Positions 46,125 to 56,515 of a DNA stretch of 64,000 nt are shown here, piece after piece (position 1 is the stretch's first letter; every line of letters begins with the position of its first letter). The position numbers and the translations under genes were made by a program. Source of the DNA: an uncultured delta proteobacterium (GTDB taxonomy: Bacteria > Desulfobacterota > Binatia > Binatales > Binataceae). The DNA lies in the NCBI GenBank assembly GCA_963794325.1, contig CAWCDG010000005.1:224001-288000 (forward strand), given 5' to 3'. A model generated the notes under the pieces. It saw only the letters and a program-made list of their open reading frames with translations, searched no databases and had not been told where the DNA came from.

Positions 46125-47105
46125 TCAGTCGAACTTGAGAACAATTTTGCCGAAGTGCTCGCTCGCCTGCATCATGCGATGCGCGGTCGGCGCGTCCGCG
46201 GCCGGTATCACTTTGTAGATAGGCGGGCGTAAACGTCCCGCCGAGAGCGCAGCGCCGAATTGCTCGAGGAACGCGGCGACGATCTGCGCTTTCTCCAACG
46301 CCGGGCGGTTGCGCAAAGTCGAGCCGAAGATTTTCAGATGGCGCCGCAGTACTGCTGCGAGGTCGAGCTCTGCGCGCATCCCGTTCATCAGGCCAATCAG
46401 CACCAACCGCCCGTCTTGCCCCAGCGACTCGATATTCGGCGCGAGATAGGCGCCGCCGATGCTGTCGAGAATCACGTCAACGCCGCGTCCGTCGGTCGCG
46501 GCCTTCACTGCCGGCACGAATGGCCCGCTCTTGTAGTTGATGGCGACGTCGGCGCCGAGCTTGCGGCACTGCTCGCATTTCTCGTCGGTGCCGGCGGTCA
46601 CGATCACGCGCACGCCCGCTTCCTTGAGCAACTGAATCGAAGCGGTGCCGATGCCGCTGCCGCCGCCATGAATCAGGCCAGTCTCGCCGCGCTTTATTCC
46701 GGCGAGCATAAAAAAATTCAGGAACACCGTAAGAAAGACTTCGGGGAGTCCGGCGGCTTCCTCGAAGCTCAGCAGTGCGGGGATTTTCATCGCGGAGCCG
46801 TAATGCGCGCCGGCCTTCTCCGCGTACCCGCCGCCGGGTATCAGCGCCATCGCGCGATTCCCGATTTGCCATCCTTTGACCGCCGCACCGACCGCGACAA
46901 CTTCGCCGGCGACCTCCATCCCGATAATTTCCGACGCGCCAGGTGGCGGCGGGTAGAATCCCTGGCGCTGCAGAAGGTCCGCGCGATTCACCCCGGCAGC
47001 TCGCACGCGAATCAGGATTTCATCGGGCTTGATCGCGGGCTCGGGAACTTCACCGAGTTTCAGCGCATTTTCGTCGCCCGGTTTTTCGACAATTACTGCT
47101 TTCAT
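46125..47105 (-). CDS. NAD(P)H-quinone oxidoreductase (PIG3 / zeta-crystallin family)
   Basis: GVNRADLLQRQG.YPPP, HGGGSGIG, HFGKIVL. Confidence 0.92.
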   Translation of the reverse strand: MKAVIVEKPGDENALKLGEVPEPAIKPDEILIRVRAAGVNRADLLQRQGFYPPPPGASEIIGMEVAGEVVAVGAAVKGWQIGNRAMALIPGGGYAEKAGAHYGSAMKIPALLSFEEAAGLPEVFLTVFLNFFMLAGIKRGETGLIHGGGSGIGTASIQLLKEAGVRVIVTAGTDEKCEQCRKLGADVAINYKSGPFVPAVKAATDGRGVDVILDSIGGAYLAPNIESLGQDGRLVLIGLMNGMRAELDLAAVLRRHLKIFGSTLRNRPALEKAQIVAAFLEQFGAALSAGRLRPPIYKVIPAADAPTAHRMMQASEHFGKIVLKFD

Positions 47106-47114
47106 AAATTCACA

Positions 47115-47576
47115 CTATCTATAGATCATCTTTACCGGTATCTGCTTCCAGCCATTGCCGTCGTAGTGAAATTTGCACTGGTCGAATGTCGGCGCGCTGA
47201 ATTGCGGCACGACGTTGTTCGAAAATCCGTAGCCCTCGAGCGGATAGCCGATCATATTCGATTTGAATTTGCCGCTGTTGTCCTCGTCGTGAAAAAGCGT
47301 GACGGCGTAGTCGCCAGCCGCAAAATTTCCCCCGAAGACGCATTCGCCGCCGGCGTTCTTAATCGGCCCCGTGACGTGCTTCAGGATGTGCGAGTCGTCG
47401 CGCGGGAAACCCGCCGGTCCCGGCCACAGCGAGCATACCAATTGCCCGTTGTTATTTCGAAGTCCCGTGATTTCAACCTTGATACCCTTCGACGCGTCCT
47501 GCGCTCGCGACGGGACGGGCAGCGCGACCACTGGCAGCAACAGTGCCAGTGCTACGAACCGGATTCTCACTCTCAT
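47115..47576 (-). CDS. DUF2141 family secreted protein
   Basis: Signal peptide; YAVTLFHDED.S, G.PLEGYGFSNN, P.F. Confidence 0.85.
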   Translation of the reverse strand: MRVRIRFVALALLLPVVALPVPSRAQDASKGIKVEITGLRNNNGQLVCSLWPGPAGFPRDDSHILKHVTGPIKNAGGECVFGGNFAAGDYAVTLFHDEDNSGKFKSNMIGYPLEGYGFSNNVVPQFSAPTFDQCKFHYDGNGWKQIPVKMIYR

Positions 47577-47654
47577 CAAATTACGACTCCACAAACGAAG
47601 AGGGTCCACTGAGGACCCTCTCACGGGTTAATTCTCGCGAACGCGAATGCGCGT

Positions 47655-48710
47655 CTAGTTGTAGTTGTTGATCACCGTGACGCCGACATTCTGGAACGTG
47701 TTCATCTCATTGAAAATCTTATTTATGCCGTCGAGTGCGCAAGTGCCGGTCACCATCGCCTTGGGCGTGACCTTCTTTGCCACGACCATTTGCAGCATCG
47801 CCGGATAATGTGACGCCTGCATCCCGAGGGATCCGATCATCTGCAGTTCCATCGTGACGATTCGGTCGATCGGCATCGGAATCTCGCCCTGCTCCGCCGC
47901 AGTCGTCAATCCGATCTGCAGATGACGTCCCTGTTTGCGCAGACTCATGATCGAATTCCGGCACGTCGCCGAAACCCCGAGCGCATCGACCGATACGTGC
48001 GCGCCGCTGCCGGTCAGATCCATTATCGCGGAAATCGGATCGGTCTTCTTCGCGTTGATTACGTGCGCCGCACCCATGCCCTTGGCGAGTTCGAGCTTGG
48101 CCGAATCGAGATCGACGCCGATCACGTTGGCTCCCATAGCGGCCGCGATATTGATCGCCGAGAGCCCGATCCCGCCGCATCCATGCACGACGACCCATTC
48201 GCCCGGCTTTACCTGCGCGCGATCGACGACTCCATGAAATGACGTCATGAAGCGGCAGCCCATCGAGGCGGCCTCGACGAAATCGATACTCGGCGGCAGC
48301 GTGACGAGGTTCATATCAGCGAACGGCACCGCAACCAGATGACCGAATCCGCCGTGATACGAAAATCCCGGCAGCAGCGGCGTGAGGCATACGTTGGATT
48401 GCCCGTTGCGGCAGTATTCGCAGGTGCCGTCGCCCTGGCTGAACGGCACGACCACGCGCGCGCCCTTCTTGAAGTTGCGCACGTCCTTGCCGACTTCCTC
48501 GACCACGCCGGTGAACTCATGCCCAAGGATCGCGCCGGGCTGCGCCGACAGGCCCATCCAGGTCCAATCGCCCGACCATGCGTGCCAGTCCGACCGGCAG
48601 ATGCCGTTGGCTTCGACGCGAACGATCGCGCTGGTCGGTTCGCACTCGGGATCGGGAACAGTTTTGACGACGAGCGGCTTCTTGGTTGCTTCGAACACTG
48701 CAGCTTTCAT
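47655..48710 (-). CDS. zinc-dependent alcohol dehydrogenase
   Basis: GICRSD, GHE, structural Zn site D.TC..C.......C, GCGGIG. Confidence 0.93.
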   Translation of the reverse strand: MKAAVFEATKKPLVVKTVPDPECEPTSAIVRVEANGICRSDWHAWSGDWTWMGLSAQPGAILGHEFTGVVEEVGKDVRNFKKGARVVVPFSQGDGTCEYCRNGQSNVCLTPLLPGFSYHGGFGHLVAVPFADMNLVTLPPSIDFVEAASMGCRFMTSFHGVVDRAQVKPGEWVVVHGCGGIGLSAINIAAAMGANVIGVDLDSAKLELAKGMGAAHVINAKKTDPISAIMDLTGSGAHVSVDALGVSATCRNSIMSLRKQGRHLQIGLTTAAEQGEIPMPIDRIVTMELQMIGSLGMQASHYPAMLQMVVAKKVTPKAMVTGTCALDGINKIFNEMNTFQNVGVTVINNYN

Positions 48711-48803
48711 TGTTGGCTGAGCCTCCTAATCAATGTCGCGATCGATTTCGATATAGCGCCTTCTAACAAGTTCTTAAAAACCGGTGATCTACCCTTCGCT
48801 GTC

Positions 48804-49799
48804 CTAGAGCAGCCGCGCGACAGTCTTCTCGAACTCGGCCGGCGTGCTCGCGTCGATGTCCACCGGATGCAAATCGACGCCCGCTTCGTCCTGCGCCTTC
48901 AGGCGCTCGACCGCTCCTTCGATGCCGCCGATATAACCCAACTCCGCGAGCAGCTTGGGCGATAGCGCCGCAGTTCCCTGTTTTGAGCCGCCCGCTTCCC
49001 ACGCCTGCTTGACCTTCTGCACATCGTCGCCGAAGCCGAAGCGCGTGAGTTGCTCCGAATAGAAAGTCCCCATGCGCGCGGCATAGAACGCGACGTTCGC
49101 AGCATGTCCCGCCACCGCGCGATCGACGTTTGCGGTAACGGTCACATGTCCGGGAGCCTTCACTGCCACGTCGCGCGGATTGCGTCCCGCGGTGGTCGCA
49201 ATCTCACGGAAGTCCGCGATCGCTTTCTTGAGTGAGTTGATCGGGATCATCACCGGCAGCCATCCGTCGGTTTTCTTCGCGGTGAACTCGACGCTCTTCT
49301 TGTTGAGCGACGCGATCCAGATTGGGATGTGCTTGCGCGGAGTCTCGAAGCGCATCGTGAAGCCGCGCTGCAGCTTGAACACCTTGCCATCGAAGTTCAG
49401 CGGCGTCTGCGCGAAAATCATGTTGATAATTTCCACGTATTCCTTCATCCGGGTGAGCGGCGGATTGAACGGGACGCCGTGGAAATGCTCAATCACCTGC
49501 GGGCCGCTGGTGCCGAGCCCGATGATCATGCGGCCGTTGCTCAACTCGTCGAGCGTGCCGAAATGCTGCGCGAGCGCGGCCGGCGTGCGCGAGTAGATAT
49601 TCACGATCGAGGTCGCGAGCTGAATCTTGCTGGTATGCTCGGCGAGCAGGGTCAGCACCGTGAACGCGTCGCGGCCCCAGGCCTCAGCCACCCAAATAGA
49701 ATGGATACCCGCGGCCTCCGCGATTTTCGCGTGCTCGATCGTCTTCTTGAAATCGGGCTTGCCTTGCCAATTGACTCCGACTGCTAATTTGCGCGCCAT
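48804..49799 (-). CDS. LLM-class (probably F420-dependent) oxidoreductase
   Basis: WVAEAWGRDA, SRTPA, GLGTSGPQVIE.FHG. Confidence 0.88.
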   Translation of the reverse strand: MARKLAVGVNWQGKPDFKKTIEHAKIAEAAGIHSIWVAEAWGRDAFTVLTLLAEHTSKIQLATSIVNIYSRTPAALAQHFGTLDELSNGRMIIGLGTSGPQVIEHFHGVPFNPPLTRMKEYVEIINMIFAQTPLNFDGKVFKLQRGFTMRFETPRKHIPIWIASLNKKSVEFTAKKTDGWLPVMIPINSLKKAIADFREIATTAGRNPRDVAVKAPGHVTVTANVDRAVAGHAANVAFYAARMGTFYSEQLTRFGFGDDVQKVKQAWEAGGSKQGTAALSPKLLAELGYIGGIEGAVERLKAQDEAGVDLHPVDIDASTPAEFEKTVARLL

Positions 49800-49811
49800 T
49801 AAAATTTCCTC

Positions 49812-50450
49812 CTAAGCGATATCGCGAACTCTTTCATGCCATCGACTGACGTTTTTGAAATCCTTCACCATCGAAAAGTTCGACGGGTTGAGCGCGAGAA
49901 AAAACAGCGGATGGTAGAGCGACGCGTCCGCCATCGTAAAGCTCTTGCCGAGAAAAAAATCCTTGCCCGCGAGCTGATCGTCGATCATCTTCAGACAGGC
50001 CGCCAGCTGCTCCTTCATCGGCGCGTGACGCTCGCGCATCTGCGCGGTCGTCATCCCGATCAGCTTCTCGCGATTCGCCGAGAGCTTCGCGTCGCCGACG
50101 CCGTCAAGCAAATCGGGAATCGTCAGAAGTAAAATCGGCATGAAGAAAGTGTTGTCGGCCCAATGATCGATAATCTCGATCAGTCCGCGCGCGTCGTCGG
50201 GAATCACGCGATTCGCCGGCACCTTGCGATCGATCCATTTGATGATGTCGGCCGAGTTGTAAACGACCTCGCCGTTCCATTCGAGCACCGGCACGCGGGT
50301 CCACGCGCCCTTGGTCACCGCGAGGAGATTGGTCTTGTCCTCATAATGACAATCAATCGGATGCCATTTGAGATGCTTGAAGGTAAGCACGCGCCGCACC
50401 TTCTCGGTGAACGGCGAGATTGGATACTGGTAGAGATTTATTTCGCCCAT
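49812..50450 (-). CDS. glutathione S-transferase family protein
   Basis: SPFTEKVR, RVPVL, NSADII, FTMADASL. Confidence 0.88.
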   Translation of the reverse strand: MGEINLYQYPISPFTEKVRRVLTFKHLKWHPIDCHYEDKTNLLAVTKGAWTRVPVLEWNGEVVYNSADIIKWIDRKVPANRVIPDDARGLIEIIDHWADNTFFMPILLLTIPDLLDGVGDAKLSANREKLIGMTTAQMRERHAPMKEQLAACLKMIDDQLAGKDFFLGKSFTMADASLYHPLFFLALNPSNFSMVKDFKNVSRWHERVRDIA

Positions 50451-50454
50451 TTTT

Positions 50455-50940
50455 TTAGAGCCGTCTAATCTCCAACGCGAACGACACGTCGTCGCGGATC
50501 AGGTTTCGTATGTGGCATCCGCGCTCGGCGACTTCGACCAATCGACGAAGCTGTTCGTCATTCGCGCTGGATTCAACTTGAAGTTCTACTTTAATTTCTT
50601 TCAGATGTCCTTTTTCATTAGTCCGCGCATGAACTGACGACCGCCCCAGCTCGACTTTGCGCACGCGCGCAGCGACTCGGAGCGACATCAGCAGGCATCC
50701 ACCGAGCGCGCCAAGGAACGACGACACCGGATCAGGCGCGGTTGAATCCTCTCCCGACAGACGCCATCGCAGCTCGCCGTACGTCACCTCGGCGTTGAGC
50801 GAATCGCCCACCGCCTCGATCGTGACGTCGCGATGACGCGTCGGGTCCTGCGATGAATCCGTACCTGGCACTGAAGTCGCTCCGTCCTCCAACGCCCAAC
50901 CTAGCCGAGAGTGAGACTTTTCTACAAACCGTTCGTTCAA
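50455..50940 (-). CDS. OsmC family protein
   Basis: P...FLGALGGC and AERGCHI two-Cys pattern; start uncertain. Confidence 0.75.
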   Translation of the reverse strand: MNERFVEKSHSRLGWALEDGATSVPGTDSSQDPTRHRDVTIEAVGDSLNAEVTYGELRWRLSGEDSTAPDPVSSFLGALGGCLLMSLRVAARVRKVELGRSSVHARTNEKGHLKEIKVELQVESSANDEQLRRLVEVAERGCHIRNLIRDDVSFALEIRRL

Positions 50941-51008
50941 GGATTTTTCGGCTGCTCGATTTATCCGCGGCGAAGTATCATTGTACGAGATAGCCCGGGG
51001 GTCAGGTC

Positions 51009-51859
51009 ATGAAGACACGATTCATATCTCTTTTCGTCGCCGTCGCATTAGTCGCCGCTCTCACCTCATACGCGATTGGCCACGACATGGACAACATGGA
51101 TTCGGATTCCGGCAACGACAGCGGCGGCACCGGCGCGATGGGCCAGATGGGCGCGCATATGAAGATGAGCGACCACATGACGATGACCGAGACGCGGCCG
51201 ATGACGCCGGCAGACACGCAGCGCGGCGAGCAGATCATCGCGACGATGCGCGCGAAACTGACAAATACGAGGACTACAAGGCCGCGATGGCCGACGGGTA
51301 CGTGCCTTACATGGAGTCGGTGCCGCAGGACGTTTACCACTTCGCCAATCGAGAGGCGACGGCCTCCGAGTACATGGGCGATTTCGATCTCGCGCGGCCG
51401 GGCTCGCTGCTCTATGAAAAAAAGACTTTCGGCGGATACAAGCTGGTCGGAGCAATGTACGATGCACCGGCCGCCGACACTCCGGAGCAGCTCGACGCGT
51501 TGATCCCGCTGAGCCTTTCTCACTGGCACGCGCACACCAATATATGCCTCCCGAAAGGCGTGACCGAAGAAGACGTGATGAGTGGCAATGTCGCTGCGAG
51601 GATGCGTCCGGATATTTCGTCAGCGTCCCGTGCTCCGGACGAATTTGGTCGTCGCAGCAGCGGCGCGGGCGACGCCGTGCGGATGCGGGTTGGGTACCTG
51701 GCCGATCCGCGCTTCGGCTTCACCGGCACGATTTCAAATCAGGCGGACTGCGAGGCGGCGGACGGAAATTTTCACAAGCAGATTTTCGGCTGGATGATCC
51801 ACGTCTATCCGTTCGCGAGTGAAGATCTCAAGGTTGCGTTCAGCCTCGAAGCGCCGTGA
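51009..51859 (+). CDS. secreted Met/His-rich hypothetical protein, frameshifted near 51260
   Basis: Signal peptide and Met-rich N-terminus in ORF 51009; conserved-looking YEDYKAAMADGY, LLYEK, HWHAHTNIC and GWMIHVY in ORF 50981..51859. Confidence 0.7.
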
Positions 51860-51871
51860 CCGACGCCTGAA

Positions 51872-52514
51872 TCACAAGTCCGCCGCAGTGATCCGATACG
51901 CGCAGCGGCGGGCGCCTGCGAGGATGTGATCGGTGCGCTCGACCCGCGCCTTCTCGCCAAGCACCGCGCGGAACAGCGACAGCTCTTCGCGGCATAGGCC
52001 CTGGCAGGTCGAGGCCGCCGCGCAAATCGGACAATGGTTCTCCGCCAACAGCATCGAGCCGTCGGGCAACCGCGAGCATTCGGCCATATAGCCCTGCTCG
52101 CGGCGAATCTCGGCCAACGCGTGCGCACGCTTCGCGATCGACGTTCCCGCGGGGCGAAGCCGCGTGCGGTATTCTTCGATCTGGCGGCGCGTCCTCTCGC
52201 GCAGCAGCTTGTCCATCCCCGCCTCGCCGAACGCCGCGCGAACCGCAGCCGATGATCTCAACGGTCAGGTCGCCGTGCGTGTCGGGAAAGCGCTCGGCCG
52301 CGGCGCTGGTCAATCTCCACACTCGCGCCGGCCGTCCCACCTTGCGCCGTTCGTCGGAGAATTCGACGAGGCCCTCAACCCTCAGTCGATACAGATGCTG
52401 CCGTACGGCCATCGCCGTGACGCCGAGGCGTCGCGCTACCTGCGCCGCAGTTTGCGGCCCGCGAGTCTTGAGCTGGAACAGGACACCCTCTTCCGCACGC
52501 GCATCATTCTTCAT
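51872..52514 (-). CDS. SufR-like winged-HTH regulator with C-terminal Cys cluster, frameshifted near 52250
   Basis: TAAQVARRLGVTAMAVRQHL, VGRP..W.LT, then ENHCPIC...CQGLCREEL...RRC; removing one G joins the frames. Confidence 0.82.
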
Positions 52515-52544
52515 GGAATGAGATGGTACCCGTCGCAGAATATT

Positions 52545-52588
52545 AGTCAAGATATCGCTTGACTTAGTATATAAAGCGAGTACTTTAT
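52545..52588. promoter_or_regulatory. two inverted repeats in a divergent promoter (putative operators)
   Basis: AGTCAAG-N6-CTTGACT (52545-52564) and ATAAAG-N6-CTTTAT (52571-52588). Confidence 0.65.
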
Positions 52589-52620
52589 TAATTGTCGAGA
52601 CGCGAGGAGGATTCGCATCG

Positions 52621-53685
52621 ATGAACAGCACACTTGCCGCCGACTATTCTGCCCTTGATGAGACGCTCGAAATCATGGCGCCGATGGGGCCTGACCTGAG
52701 CAACGGCTTTTCCAATCATGCGCCAATGGCGATCGAAGCGATGTGCGCGATGAGTCGAGGCGACGCTGTGATGCCGTGGTTCGAGAACTATCGACATTCG
52801 CTTATGCCGCGTCGTGCGCGTGTCGCGCGCCTCACGAATGACAATTGGCGCGCCGCGCTTGGCGACCATCGTCGCACCGAGGATTGGTTCGAGTTCTTTC
52901 GCAACGAGCTCGAAGAGCGTCAATGGCCCGAGTTGCTGGACACCTGGGCTGCGCGGCTCGGTCCGGGTTTGATGGCGGCCGCGACACACGGGGTCATCCG
53001 CACCGGGCATGCGACTCGCGCATTGGCTCTCGACAACAATCCTGCACGCCGGCGCGAATTGGCCGACGGACTCGCATACTGGGCCGCCGAATACATGCCG
53101 CTTCCCGCTGAGCGCCACAAGGTTGCTCGCGCGATCCCGTCGAAAGCCATCGCTCGCGTGCAGATGATTCCGCTGAACCTTCGCGGCGGCAACTTCGGCG
53201 CACTCACCGACGCGCTCGCGCAGCTCGATTCTTTCCCGCCGTTCAAGGACACGCTCGACGCGGTCGATCCTTCCGGCGACGCAGGCGCATTTCTATCTGA
53301 TCTGACGGCGACCTTTGCGCGCGTCTTTCTAGCCAACGCTCACGACGTTTATACCACCATCGCGTTCGTTCATGCGGTCACTGGACCGTCCGCACTACGT
53401 CCCTTAATCCCACACCTGCGCGATAAGACTCTGCGCGACGCGCTCGCCTATGCGTGGCAAACTGCGGCTGCGATGTATGCGACCTTCGGCACAAACGCAG
53501 ACCTATCGCAGTTCGATGAGACCAAGGCGTGGAGTAAGGATGAACTCTTCGATCGTGCGATAGGGTGCGGCGACGAGCACGCGATCAAATTCACAGAGGT
53601 TTGCCTGCGGGAGCATGCGCTCAAAACTGACCCCGCGTTTCTTGCGGCGGCCAGCCATGCGATTCGAATGCTGAGCCCTACTTGA
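52621..53685 (+). CDS. questin oxidase family protein (DUF4243-like)
   Basis: NHAPM, AATHG.IR.GHA, LAYWA, VHAVT, DEHAIKF. Confidence 0.8.
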   Translation: MNSTLAADYSALDETLEIMAPMGPDLSNGFSNHAPMAIEAMCAMSRGDAVMPWFENYRHSLMPRRARVARLTNDNWRAALGDHRRTEDWFEFFRNELEERQWPELLDTWAARLGPGLMAAATHGVIRTGHATRALALDNNPARRRELADGLAYWAAEYMPLPAERHKVARAIPSKAIARVQMIPLNLRGGNFGALTDALAQLDSFPPFKDTLDAVDPSGDAGAFLSDLTATFARVFLANAHDVYTTIAFVHAVTGPSALRPLIPHLRDKTLRDALAYAWQTAAAMYATFGTNADLSQFDETKAWSKDELFDRAIGCGDEHAIKFTEVCLREHALKTDPAFLAAASHAIRMLSPT

Positions 53686-54358
53686 GGCCGCAGTAAACGG
53701 CGAAGATGAGGTTCTTATAGGCGCAATCGATGTCGCGGAAGCCTGTCTCGCGCATCCATTCGAGTTGATCTTCGAGCGTCGCCGCGCGATCGAACTTCAT
53801 TCGGTCGAGCGCGGCAGTCAGATCACGATCGTCCACGCCCAGTTCGCGCACCCGCGTGACCCATCGCTCGTGATGAAACGTATGGCGCTCCGGCGTCGCG
53901 CAGCGAAACTGCTCGGCGTTGACGAATACCCCACCGTCGTTGAGCGCGCCGTGGATTCGACCGAACAAGGAACGCTTTTGCTCGTCGGTCAGGTGATGGA
54001 TCGACAGCGCAGAGACGATCGCGTCGTACTTCTCCTGGATCTGATCGATGCCGTAGTCGGAGACCTCGAAGCGGAAGCGCTCACCGGCCAGTTCGAAGCG
54101 AGCGCGCGCCCGCTCGAGCATCTCGTTGGAGATATCGACCATCGTGATTCGCGCATTCGGGAAACTGTAAGCGATAAATGCCGCCATCAGGCCCGTGCCG
54201 GCGCCGAGATCAAGCACCTTGATCGCGCTCTCGCGCGGGAACCGGATCAGATCGATAGCAGCGCGGTAAAAGTCGTCGAAGCCGGGCACCAAGCGGCGCC
54301 GCGTGCGGTCGTAATCCTCCGCCGCAATATCGAACGCGTGCTGTACTGAATTCGCCAT
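53678..54358 (-). CDS. class I SAM-dependent methyltransferase
   Basis: VLDLGAGTG, SALSIHHL, LNDGGVFVNAE. Confidence 0.9.
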   Translation of the reverse strand: MANSVQHAFDIAAEDYDRTRRRLVPGFDDFYRAAIDLIRFPRESAIKVLDLGAGTGLMAAFIAYSFPNARITMVDISNEMLERARARFELAGERFRFEVSDYGIDQIQEKYDAIVSALSIHHLTDEQKRSLFGRIHGALNDGGVFVNAEQFRCATPERHTFHHERWVTRVRELGVDDRDLTAALDRMKFDRAATLEDQLEWMRETGFRDIDCAYKNLIFAVYCGLK

Positions 54359-54431
54359 CTGAAGATTGTGCGGACGCGACGGGCGTGAATCAACCGCACG
54401 CTTGAGACGGCTGTCAAAAATGCCGTCTCGC

Positions 54432-54689
54432 TTACTTGCCGAGTTTCGTCATTCCTTTCTTTCGGCGCTCGGCCCATCGCTTCTTCATTAGCTCAGAAAG
54501 CCGCTTGCGACCTTCCTTGCTGATGCCGCCGCGCCGTTTTCTTGTCGTGGTGGTGGCCGCCTTAGGACCAGGTTTGCGGCCTCTGCGCTTGCCGGTGGAC
54601 GCAGCACCCACGCCTACCAGGGCCGCGATCGCTTTGACCAGACGGTCTCTTTCCTTCTTCAAATCTGAAACGATTTTGTCGATCTCCAA
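54432..54689 (-). CDS. small very basic protein, putative nucleoid-associated
   Basis: AGGAG RBS before TTG 54689; N-terminal coiled coil, KRRGRKPG, GISKEGRKRLSELMKKRWAERRK. Confidence 0.75.
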   Translation of the reverse strand: MEIDKIVSDLKKERDRLVKAIAALVGVGAASTGKRRGRKPGPKAATTTTRKRRGGISKEGRKRLSELMKKRWAERRKKGMTKLGK

Positions 54690-54823
54690 GTAAGTGCTCC
54701 TGTAGGTCTCCGGAGTTTTATTAGTTGCAACGATAACCTGTCCCAACAATTATAATTGCTGGAGTTACCAGGAATTGCAATTCTATAAAGCTAGCTTGCA
54801 AGACCTTATCATAGGACTCGCGC

Positions 54824-56515
54824 TTACTTGGCGGCGTGGCCGTGGCGCAATAGTTTGCCCGGCAATGAGCCGTCTGCGGTGACTTGGTCCTTGTTCTCAC
54901 GCCTTATGACTGTTCCATTGACGATTACTGCGTCAATTCCTTCCGCATCTGCGACCAGCCGGTCCTGATTTGCCGGAAGGTCGTAAACGCGACGTAGTTT
55001 ACTCGCACCTACCTTGTCAGGATCGAAAATAGTGACGTCGGCAGCCAAGCCCGGCAAAAGGCGCCCCCGGTCCGTGATTCCAAATACTTCGGCAGGCCGC
55101 GCGGTAAGCATCCAGATTGCACGCTCCATCGGGATTGCCCGCTTCTCACGAACCCATCGGCCCAGCATGTAGGTCGAGAAGCATGCATCGCAGAGCTGGC
55201 TTGCATGCGCGCCGGCGTCGGACAGGCCCAGCACTGTATGCCGTCCGGCGAGGAGTTCCGCGACTTCATCTTCGACGTTATTGAGAATCGACATGCGAAA
55301 GCGTGCTTCGAGATTCGACGCCAGCGCGAGATCGAGCGCCAGGTCGATTGGATCGAGGCCGCGCTCGCGCGCGACTTCATTGAGGTTGCGCTCTTCGAGT
55401 TTCGGATCGGTTGGCGAGAACGAAATCACCGTGCGATCCCAGCGGTTGGCGAACGCACCGTGCGAGCCCTCGCCCGCCTTAGATTTGAAAGCGCGGCGGA
55501 ATTCCGGGTCGGCGTAGATTTTCTTCTTGCCCTCGAAGTCGGCGGCTGACACCGGCGCGAACAGACTCATGCTTTCGAAAATGAACGGCGCCTTGAACTG
55601 GAATTCGAAGTTCAGCGGCCGGCAGGTAACCTGCGGAATGATGCTAAGCCCTTCGTCGCACAGTTTCTGCGACGCCTCGAGCGGCCCGCGATGTCCGCCG
55701 GGTCCGTTCATGCCGGCGAGCAGTGCGGTGTAGGTAATCGGGCGATGAATCTCTCTCGCGATTTCCGCAAACTCGCGCAGGAACAGCTCGCGACCGATAG
55801 TCGCCTGCATGATTCCGTGACCGGCCTCGCCCATCGCCGACGCGAGCGATCGAATCTCATCGAAATCCGACATGCGGCTCGGGACCGGCTTGCCGCTGTA
55901 TCCGACGTGGGTGGGAGACTTCGAGGTCGCGAAGCCAATTGCGCCGGCGTCGAGCGCGCGACGGACCAACAGCTTCATCTGTGCGACTTCGTCGGCGCTG
56001 GCGGAACGCTCGGTCGCTTCCTCGCCCATCACGTAGAGTCTTATCGGCGTGTGTCCGACCAGAGCGCCGAGGTTGATCGCGGTGCCGCGCCGCTCGATGG
56101 TATCCATGTAATCCTCGAAACTCTCGAACGGCCACTCGTAGCCGAGTCCGGTCTCGAGCGCCTTCAGACTCATCCCTTCGACGTTTTCGAGCGTCCGCAT
56201 GATTAGCCCGCGATGCTCGGGACGGGTTGGCGCGACGCCGAAACCACAGTTGCCCATGACGACTGTGGTCACGCCGTGCCACGGCGAGATGGTCATCATG
56301 CGATCCCACATCACTTGCGCATCGTAATGCGTATGAATATCGACGAAGCCCGGCGCGACGACCTTGCCTTTGGCCTCGATGGTCTGCGCCGCTTTGCCTT
56401 TCGCTTCGCCGACCGCCGCGAGCTTGCCGTCCTTAATCGCAACGTCGCCGACGCGTCCGGGCGCGCCAGTACCGTCGTAAATCGTGCCGCCAGTGATCTT
56501 TAGATCGTAATCCAT
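54824..56515 (-). CDS. N-acyl-D-amino-acid deacylase family amidohydrolase
   Basis: PGFVDIHTHYD, GVTTVVMGNCG, SDAGAH. Confidence 0.9.
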   Translation of the reverse strand: MDYDLKITGGTIYDGTGAPGRVGDVAIKDGKLAAVGEAKGKAAQTIEAKGKVVAPGFVDIHTHYDAQVMWDRMMTISPWHGVTTVVMGNCGFGVAPTRPEHRGLIMRTLENVEGMSLKALETGLGYEWPFESFEDYMDTIERRGTAINLGALVGHTPIRLYVMGEEATERSASADEVAQMKLLVRRALDAGAIGFATSKSPTHVGYSGKPVPSRMSDFDEIRSLASAMGEAGHGIMQATIGRELFLREFAEIAREIHRPITYTALLAGMNGPGGHRGPLEASQKLCDEGLSIIPQVTCRPLNFEFQFKAPFIFESMSLFAPVSAADFEGKKKIYADPEFRRAFKSKAGEGSHGAFANRWDRTVISFSPTDPKLEERNLNEVARERGLDPIDLALDLALASNLEARFRMSILNNVEDEVAELLAGRHTVLGLSDAGAHASQLCDACFSTYMLGRWVREKRAIPMERAIWMLTARPAEVFGITDRGRLLPGLAADVTIFDPDKVGASKLRRVYDLPANQDRLVADAEGIDAVIVNGTVIRRENKDQVTADGSLPGKLLRHGHAAK

